64,000 nucleotides of DNA, taken from Chlorokybus atmophyticus. Taxonomy: Eukaryota; Plantae; Mesostigma and Chlorokybus algae. Below are positions 54,390 through 64,000 of the stretch, one piece after another. A program made the position numbers and the translations under genes. Every line of letters begins with the position of its first letter. The first letter of the stretch is position 1. Under the pieces are notes generated by a model. It was not told the DNA's origin. It saw nothing but the letters and a program-made list of their open reading frames with translations, and searched no databases. Location: NCBI GenBank assembly GCA_009103225.1, contig RHPI01003156.1:598537-662536 (forward strand), given 5' to 3'.

Positions 54390-56719
54390 CCCCCGGGGGC
54401 CTTTTGTAGGATTGTGAGCTGGCAGTGAACCTATGCTGTGTGTGAGATGGCATGCTTGAGCTCTGCAGGCTACAATTGCAATTGAAGTGGCATGCCGTGC
54501 TGTCTTTGACAGGAGATAGCAGTATCATGTGTTGCTGATGCTTTGCTCCAGCAGTGTAGCAAAGCTTTGCCCAGCCAGGGTTTGCTGTGATGTGGGTCAG
54601 TGGCAGTTGTATCAAGTTGGCCAATGTGCTGGTACGGGCAGTCGCCTGCGAAGCTTCATCCTGCAGTCATCCGCATCCATTGCTGACCATGTGCCAGCAG
54701 TCTGTGACCAGCAGTGTTAGCTTCTGTAGAGCTATTCTGCAAGAGGCGCCCGTTGGTGATAAATGGTGGGTATGAACATATGTGTGCATGGGGCCTGTCA
54801 TTCAGCTCGCTGCTATCGAGCATATAGAAATAGTAGGTAAAGCTATACCCTCCCACCCCCACCCCGGGCTATACCCCCCAGATTTGTGGTAATTGCTCAA
54901 AATGTGACGGGTGTATGGTGACGTGGTAGGGCTATTGCAAGACTGTCCATGTGTTGCTGATGCAAAGCATTACAACGTAGCACTCAAGCAGACAGCAGCA
55001 TAACAGCAACAGAGCCTGGCAACAAGAAAGCAAAGCAATTAAGCGGCAAGGGCAACTACACTTCTGCATGCTGCTATCTATGTGCGTGCAAGAGGAGGGC
55101 GAGGGCGGGTGGGCAGCAAGGCAGGTATCGGTACAAGCAGCAGACCGCAGCAAACCAGTAGCAGGAATGGCAGTACAGTAGTGCATGTACTGCCATACCT
55201 TATATGTATTTTAAGTGCATGATGCTCGATGTGTATACTTGTGTGGTAGGTGGTAGTGGCAGACATAGTTGAGTTAACGTTAATACTCAAGTGAGGGTGG
55301 TGGTCATGTTTATAAACATGGTCATGGGCCATGACTCATGGTAAGTGCGCATGGTGGATGCTGATATGCTGCATGCTACTTAATGCTAATGTGTGCTCGT
55401 TGCTTGCCTTGCGTGCACGCTATGCATGTTGCATCTTTTGTACTATTTGTTGTTAATGGGTTGTTCATACGCATTTCCGTGGGTGATGTATCTTAGGTAT
55501 GCGATGGTGGGCAATGCACACTTCATGGTATGCATTGCCCGTTGCGTCATACAGAGAACGCGTATGTAGATATCGTTTAAAACCATTACAATTATCAATA
55601 GTCATAATGGTTTTTGTGAGTGCAAGCGCTGCCAATCAGACATAATTGTGATGAACTTGTTAGCTCGATTGCGAATAAAATCGTGCGTGATGCACATTGG
55701 TGCTAGCAGTGCAAAGCTTGATACGTCTGGGTTGTGGTATGACAAACGTATTGACTCACGCGAAAACCCACACATCAGATCACATTATTGTTTGAATGCG
55801 ATGCTAAGTGTATAAAAGATGCAATGACTATGCGCGTGCATGTGCAACAATAAGGCATGTTTGCTCAACATATCATGGTTGGTTGTGTGTACAAAATATG
55901 CAATGTGATGCATATGACCATGCTGACACATGCAATCCACATCACACATGCAAGCGCAATGCACACAGCAACATTCACCAAGGTTAATAACCATCGGGCT
56001 ACACACAGTCAACCACTTACTCACTACCTAGCTTCCACTGCCCTGACCCCCGTTACATCAGCATGCATTGAGTCACCTGCACCACGGGCGCTGTCACAAA
56101 CACTGTAAGGCCATTAATATGCAGGGGCAAGGGTTTGGCAGAGTTTGTGGGGGCTTTAAGCTACTGCCGAGGATGTGCAGCAGGAAAGTATAAGGTAAGA
56201 ACAACGCATAGCGGTATGCAAGCCTCATCAACAGCACGGTAGAGGAGTGAGAAGCGGCAAGGCAAGCAAAGCCTCATCTGTGCAAGCAGCGCCATAAAGA
56301 GCGAGTTGCCATGGGATAGTTAAACATTGTGACTATTAATTGGTTATAATTGCTCCGCACTCCACCAGCGCATACGGTTCATACTATTCAACTCAGTGAG
56401 GCATTGGACTTTAAGCATTCCCGTATTGCGTTGACATAATTAACATCCATAGCTTTACATGTGATGGAGACAAGTTGTGTCACTTACAGATAGCACGTGT
56501 GCATGATTAACAATCAGGGTAAAGCAAGTACCGTATCAACAACTTGCATGTGCACCATTATTACCAGCTAATGGTGCAGGAATTGCCGAGGTTCACGCGG
56601 CCCAGTTGCATTTCGCTTGTCTGGGCTGGGTTCAAGTGTTAGGGTTGCGTCCCAGTGGCCAGTTTTGCCACGTTGTCATCCCCGCAGCGGCGGCGGCGGC
56701 GGCCGGGTTCCTCGGCGAG

Positions 56720-59700
56720 ATGGGGAAGAAGAAGGGGGAGGGGGATGTTGAGGGGGTTGCTGGTGGGGGAGGGAGCAGCAAGAGCAAGAAGGGTGCCGGC
56801 AAGGAGCGGACGACCAGCAGCGTGCTGGACTCCAGCTATGCCGCCGCCCCGGCTGCTTCTTCCAAGGATGACAAGAAGGGGGGAGGGAGCAAGGAGCGCA
56901 AGACAGTCAGCGTGCTGGACCCCAACTTTTCCACCGCCGCCCTCAAGAAAGAAAAGGGCAAGGACAAGAAGAAGGATGCTGGAGCGGCTGTCGAGAAGAA
57001 AGGCGCCGGCGGCGGCTATCTGGGCGACATGGACCTGCCGCCCTCAGACGAGGAGGACGATGTGGAGCGAGAGGAGGCCGATGAGTTTGATGAGGAAACT
57101 ACGCGTAGGAGAGAAAAGAGGGACTTGTCCTTGACGGTAGACACAGACATGTGCATGCTAGTACACATTGTCTTTCACTCATCTAGCATGTGCTGGTGAA
57201 AAGCACCCTTCGCATGCATGCATGTCACAAGCTTCACGCACACAAGTTTGAGCAACAAGGCACCATGCACTGACTAATATGCATGCAGGTGTCTGCAAGG
57301 GAGGTGAAGAAGAAGGAGCAGAAGGAGATGATGGCCGCAGCCGATGCGGAGAGGATGAAGCAGCTGGCGCTTCAGGAGGATGAGAATGCCTTCTCGGTTG
57401 CGCTTGGGAAGGGCAGCGTTGGTGAGGACTCCGCCTCAGCGATGTCCAGAGACATAAAGGTGTGTGATGTTGCTTTGTAGCATATTGCTGCTGCCCACAT
57501 GCAAGCATTTGTATCTTGGTATTGTGTAATTGTTATTGTTGCAGTTGTCAACTGCTATGTGTCACACTGCATGTCAGCATGCATGCTGAATGCTGTGTTT
57601 CGGTTGAAGCATTCTGTCCACGCACAAGCAACAGAACAGAATGTCAGCACAATTGCAATGCTTGCTCAGTGTGTAGATTTTGGGTTCCAGTGGCTGCTTT
57701 GTGTGATAAAGCATTAGTAGTACTGGACGCGTGAAGTGAACACTTTGTATTCCTTGCAGATTACGAATTTTAGCGTTTCTGCACGCGGCAAGGAGCTTCT
57801 GAAGAACACCTCTTTGTCGATTGTTCATGGCAGGCGGTGAGCCATACTGCAGTAAAACTTAGCACGTGGCTGTTTGGTTAAAGTTAGCAGTTGGCTGACC
57901 CACTTTCACAGGTATGGTCTTGTCGGCCCTAACGGCAAAGGCAAGTCCACGCTGATGAAGCTGCTGGCAAAGAGGCAAATCCCGGTGCCGGAATACATTG
58001 ACGTGTTGCTCGTGGAGCAAGAAGTGATTGGAGATGAACGCACGGCATTGCAGGCTGTGGTAGCTGCGGATGCCGAGCTGGTTGCTTTGAGGGAAGAGGA
58101 AGCAAAGCTCCAGGTGTGTGTGAGGGAGTGTGCGCGCTTGCGCGCATGTGTGTTTAGTATTATCAGGTGATCAACACGTGCTGCTAAAATGCTGTCTTTG
58201 TTTAGGCTATGAGTGAGAACATCCGGGAGGATGATGCAGATGCAGCGCAGCCCAACGGCGATAGCGCTGAAGGTCAGGATGATGCAGAGGGTCACGAGGA
58301 TCCCGCCGCCGTCATTGGCGAGCGGTTGAACGAGATCTATGAGCGGATGAATGAGATTGGAGGTGAAGCCGCCGAAGCAAAGGCTTCAAAGATTTTGCAC
58401 GGTCTAGGGTTCACAGAAGCAATGCAGGTACATGGGGCTTTCTCGTTGTTGTATAATTAGCTTCAAAGTAGCTACTCAGGCCGTCAGTGTGGGCTTCCTG
58501 TTGCTTAAGTGAAACACACGCTGTGCAGAATAGGAGTACCAAGTCTTTCTCCGGTGGTTGGCGTATGCGCATATCGCTTGCGAGGGCCCTGTTCATGCAG
58601 CCCACGTTGTTGCTGCTGGACGAGCCGACCAACCATCTGGACCTGCGCGCGGTCTTCTGGTTGGAAGAGTACCTGCACAGATGGAAGAAGACGCTCGTGG
58701 TCGTCAGCCACGACAGAGACTTCCTCAACACTGTTTGCACAGGTACGTTGTCTCGGTTGCCACACTGCTTGTTGGTGTGCAATGCATATATGATGTGTCT
58801 TGTGTAAGGGATGGGCGATCAATTTGGATCAGTAGCTTACCTTGTGGTGCTTTGTGGCAGATATCATCCATCTGCATGACCAGAAGCTGCATTTCTACCG
58901 TGGCAATTTTGATTCTTTTGATGAGATGCTCGAGCAGAAGCGACGTGAGGTCAACAAGGCTTTTGAAAAGTACGAGAAGCAGTTAAAGGCCGCCAAAGCC
59001 ACTGGCAGCAAGGCCAGCCAGGACAAGGTGCGCTGTTCACTTTGTCCTATGTCCCCTTTGGTCTACAGTTGTGCATTGTTTCACAAGTTACTGTTGGCTA
59101 TGATCACATACTTGATACTTGTGATTCGACACTTGAATTGTCTGTAGGTCAAGGCTAGTGCCAAGCAAGCTAGTGAAAAGAGGGCGAAGAGTGCAAAGTC
59201 CAAAAAGGGTGCACAGGAGGAAGATGAGGACGACACAGGTTGGCAGCACGTCTGGTGCTTGCTGCGTGCGCTGTACACCCCTTGCGCGCGTGCAGCAAAA
59301 TATTGACAGCATACTGTGTTTGCAGCTGCGGAGCCGGTCAAGAAGTGGCAGGATTACATGGTCAAGTTTTCGTTCCCGCAGCCGACAGAGCTGCCGCCCC
59401 CCCTTATGCAGCTCCTTGACGTCGCCTTCAGTTACCCTGGCAGAGAGGTGAGTGCGGACTCGTGTTTTGGGACTTGTTTTTCCTTACCGGACATAGATTG
59501 TGTTAGAGTATTCTTGTGTTATTGACCAAGCTCCGTTGATTCTGTGTTAGCTGACATTGCAACCCCACACCAGGACTTTGCCATGAAAGACATCAACGTG
59601 GGTGTGGACATGGGCACGCGCGTGGCCATAGTTGGGCCTAATGGAGCCGGCAAGTCTACGCTGTTGAACCTGCTGGCGGGCGATCTGACGCCCTCGACCG

Positions 59701-60605
59701 GCGAAATGAGGCGCAGCCACAAGCTCAGGATCGGCCGCTACTCGCAGCATTTCGTTGACGTCCTGACCATGGATGAAAATCCTGTGCAGTATTTGCTGCG
59801 CCTGCATCCGGACCAGGTTTGTTGCTTTGTACGTCTTTTTGCGCCAACTCTCTGCTGTGCAGCTGTCATGTCCCATTGGTCTTGCGCACGGCATCTCTTT
59901 CAATGTACATGCTGCGATGTCTTTGACTGTCAATGTTTTGGGGGCGCACACAGGCACGCAGACACTTGCAAACGCACCCACACAAGTGCACGCGTGTGTG
60001 CGTGTACATACACAGAACACAATACCAACAAACACAATACTGCTGCTATGCAGGTTACGGGGCCTAGTCGACAAGAGTCAATGCGGTCAAAGCTTGGCAA
60101 GTTTGGTCTGGACAGCAGGAACCACCTGACCCCTATCATCAAGCTGTCTGGCGGGCAGAAAGCGCGCGTCGTGTTCACGCACATCTCACTCTCTGCACCC
60201 CACATCCTGCTGCTCGACGAGCCCACCAACAACTTGGACATGGAGAGTATTGATGCGCTTGCAGGTATGCGTATGTTGTTTGCAGCCGACTGCTTGATAT
60301 GGTTAACAGTTGGGCTCGTCCCAGACTTTGAACCTGATGGTTACTACATATTGCAACCAGTTGTGTCTGGCAGAGCTTTGGACTAACCAGCAGTCTGTGT
60401 CGCTGTAGATGCGCTCGATGAGTTTGAGGGTGGCGTTGTGCTTGTCAGCCACGATTCGCGGTTGATATCAAGAGTGTGTGAAGACGAGGAGAGAAGTGAG
60501 ATTTGGGTTGTGGACGACGGGACAGTCACCCGCTTCAATGGCGATTTTGAGGAGTACAGGTCGAGTCTCATGAAGGAGATTCAGGATGAGATTGATGCAG
60601 ACTAG
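56720..60605 (+). CDS. ABCF4: ABC-F family protein, ABCF4-like, multi-exon
   Basis: MGKKK start, [21 protein letters not shown], two NBDs (GPNGKGKST / FSGGWRMR / [11 protein letters not shown]; GPNGAGKST / LSGGQKAR / [11 protein letters not shown]); no TM segments; TAG at 60603-60605. Confidence 0.94.
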
Positions 60606-62428
60606 TCCAGGTTGCTTAGGCTATTGTGTTTGTATGCGTATGCTCTTTGGGCTAGAGTTCATTGGTGGATTGATTGGAGGAAAGCAGTGAGGCTGTTGCG
60701 GGAATATATGGCTGTGAATGTATGTAGAAGGGGTATGCTGGTATGTCCGCATGCAACTTGAAGTGTAACAAGCATAGTGATATGCATGTGACACTCATCA
60801 TCATATCACTCACACAAGCCACCACCGGGCTATTGCTATAGCTACAATCAATACATCTCAGTACTCGGTGGACACCCCGCGGACGGCCATCGGACCATCC
60901 ACCATATTGACGTGGACGCTGCTGAGGACGCCGTCCAGGCCGTCCGATCAGCTCGTCACGCCGATGCGAACGCCGCACGTGAGATACACACGTGATATGC
61001 CTTCAGCACAACAGGTTTATCAATGGAAGCGTCGAGTGCTATACGCATACTCATTACAGTGCTGAGTATAGCGAGATTTATAGTCATCAGTGATCAGAGT
61101 GTTCGCGGTGCACGTTGTGCCGTTTTACAGCTTGATTGAAGGGCGCGCGGCATGGCTAGCGAGATAAGCCGGTTGCCGCCGAGACAACGCGGGTCACGGG
61201 CAATTTTGGCTGGAGGCGCGGCGACTTACAAAGCGACTTATCTTTCTGAGCGGACAGGGCAGAGATGGTGTCCGGCACCTGTCCTTTCCGCGCCTGTGAC
61301 CTGTCCTCTCTTCCATGATACACATGTATTCATCACTACTCTACTCCTAGCCCACCCCGTTAGTAACAGCAGCACGCAAACGGTTCATACCTGCCCACAA
61401 GGGCGTGGTCTGGATGTTGTCTTTTGGTAGAGGGGAGCTGCAGTCGTGGCCAACCATGTTGCAGCAGGTTCAAGTACCCGCAGCCCCGCCAAAAACAGAG
61501 GCAGACGTTGCGTTGGCCATGACGCGAGGAGCTGGCAGCTGAACTCGTGAGGACAGTAACACTGTACACAAATCTGTCAGCATGTGTAGCTGCCTACTTC
61601 GAACATGCATAAGCTTTGTGTACTGCGTAGGCAGCTACGCATGCTAGCATGGCGTTGCACATAGCATTCATTGTCTCATGCTCGCATCACATGCACATTC
61701 ACCTTCATGGCAGCATGCAATCATCAACAACACAGCACCTGTATCACCGCCTATGTGGTACTTTTACCCCGCCTACATTCAAACATGCACGACCCCCCAA
61801 CAATTTTCACAGTCATCATACCGCCCAAAGGGCCGTTTCAAAGTTAGTTGCATACCACACGGTGTGCGCGTGTGGTATGCGACTAAGTTGTACACGTTGC
61901 TAGCAGGTGAGTTGCCTACCCAGTGCACTCAATAGCAACACATGCGCATTGGTATATACAAAGTATTACATATGGTGTGTACTGAGTGAGTAGCTACACA
62001 TGCTAGCATATTGTTGCATGCACAGCATTGCATATTTTCTACACTCTGTCACGGCATGCTGCGTGTGACATGGTGCGGTAGCAAGCTAGCTTAGCACACA
62101 GGGCACTTGTATATAGTACATGTTTTGATTTCGCCAACACCAGTGCAAGGATGGGTCATGGGCACTTGACCTGCACAAATTCTTGACAGACCAGAGGGGG
62201 TAATGTAAGTCACATTCACATATCATGCACAGATGCTACCGTACATACAATACAGAGTGCAAATGCGCATGCACAGTGCGGGTAACAACCGTGTGCTAGC
62301 CATTGCTGTCTTAGACGGACAGGTTGTGTACTCGAGAGCGAGAGCGAGCGCGAGAGCGTGAGAGCGAGAGAGCGAGAGCGCGAGAGAGAGAGCGAGAGCG
62401 CGAGAGAGAGGGCGAGGGCGAGGGGGGN

Positions 62429-62866
<438 letters not shown>

Positions 62867-63282
62867 CACCCACTACCCTAAGCCAAAAAGGGATAAATCA
62901 ACAGTGGTCAGCAAGAGTGTGAACACTGTCCACCACCCTTCCACCTCATGTTGCTTTATTCTGCTTATATGCGTGCTACACCCACTGCCACATCCACCAT
63001 CTCCAAGCCCCACACACGTACAAGCACACATGCATGCTTCCCTATATATATATCTGTGTGTCGCAGTGTCAGTAATGCTGCACCGACCGCAAACCTAGCA
63101 CCTAGCATAGCACATGCGCACTGCCAATCCCTGCCTTGTACTCATAGCCAACGAAAGCTTACGCCAACATCCTTTCTTGTTACAACAATGGCGACACCTG
63201 CAAGCCCTTAATTAGCATTGCCGTGACTGACATGATCGAAGGCAGGCATGTTTTGAATTTGGTATGCACAGCATACGCGTAC

Positions 63283-64000
63283 ATTCACGTTGAGCAGCGT
63301 TCCCTTGACAAGAGCCGTGTTGTCGTGGGAGGTGATGGCAATGCCTGCGTGGAACGAAGTGGCCAGATCCATGGTTAATGTGGACTTCACCACATATGTC
63401 ACGCCGTCGGTAGAAGTAACCGCCCAGATTGTGGACCCCACCTGGTAGAGATGTGTATGTGTGCGCACAAGCGGGCGCGTGCATGCACATGAACTTGCGT
63501 GTTTTGATGTGCGTGCATGTGCTTGCGCTTGCGTGTGTTTGATACCTTTCCGAGGCGCAGTATAGGTTGGGGATGGTGGTAGGCTGATCGTATTGGTAAT
63601 AAGTTGGACCACTTGTGACATTTCTGCGAAAGCAGTCACTTGAGACCAGTCACACATAGCCGGTAGCCGTCATGTTGGTCAGGTGAGTGGGCATTTGACT
63701 GGGCATCAGAACACCCACTCACCTCTAAAAGAAGCCCACCCAGCCAGAGGCCAGTGCAGCCAGATATACGTGCCGAGACGTAGCAGCAAGGCTGTCTCGC
63801 AGCATGACACCAACCTGACACAACAACACTGGGGTTGGCTACACTCACATTGTGTCAATTTTCACCGTTCACGCGTTGGCTACACTCACCCTTGAATCTG
63901 GACGGTTGGCCGTTGTGATGCTCATGACCTGCCCCTCGCCCCGCACGTCGCCAGACACCAACTTGTAGGCGTAGTGGCAGCCGTCCTGGCTGAACCATCT
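63283..64000 (-). pseudogene. Spliced gene fragment encoding a bacterial-type ConA-like (DUF1349-like) domain, with an in-frame TAG and a frameshift; exons >64000-63890, 63814-63723, 63623-63546, 63441-63283
   Basis: DGCHYAYKLVSGD...V.S...SR|VGVMLRDSLAATSRHVYL...GFF*R|NVTSG...PNLY/LRLGK|VGSTIWAVTSTDGVTY...FHAGIAITSHDN...LLNVN follows the recalled bacterial pattern D.FHFVY..LSGD...KAGVMIRESL..SRH...LRL.R.G.TFTAY.S.DG...VGLAVTSH...FDNV. Confidence 0.7.

Noticed and set aside
61190-61215. Sm-site-like AATTTTGG suggesting an snRNA
   Set aside because: The surrounding sequence lacks the conserved U1/U2/U4/U5/U11/U12 elements I could check by eye.
63720-63730. Alternative genetic code (TAG = Gln) to explain the in-frame stop
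   Set aside because: LSm7 and ABCF4 end in TAG and RER1 in TAA at the expected positions, and the same gene also has a frameshift.

Overview
Eukaryotic nuclear DNA with short GT-AG introns and CA/TG-rich introns. The gene set (LSm7, PTS2-type LACS, ankyrin-PGG, RER1, ABCF4-like) suggests a green alga, possibly a streptophyte; the species cannot be determined from sequence alone. In order: (i) 3' exons of LSm7; (ii) a complete, apparently young 8.5-kb Ty3/Gypsy chromovirus on the minus strand (TG...CA LTRs, CATAA target-site duplication, PPT), with gag and pol in one frame separated by a single UGA-CGG, a possible degenerate Dam-like methyltransferase domain before the protease, a non-canonical PBS and a variable array of 68-bp hairpin repeats in the LTRs; (iii) a palindrome-rich non-coding segment near 15-16.8 kb; (iv) a poorly resolved multi-exon Ser/Pro-rich gene; (v) a giant (>=4,000 aa) single-pass surface protein: signal peptide, (APP)n linker, about 25 filamin/Ig-like repeats, PKD/REJ-like module, TM helix; (vi) a BTB/POZ pseudogene; (vii) LACS, ankyrin-PGG, RER1 and ABCF4-like genes; (viii) a spliced but disrupted gene encoding a bacterial-type ConA-like (DUF1349-like) domain at the right edge. 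The long (GA)n and poly-G tracts each touch or contain an 'n' and are treated as assembly artefacts. All domain calls come from manual motif recognition; no database search was run.
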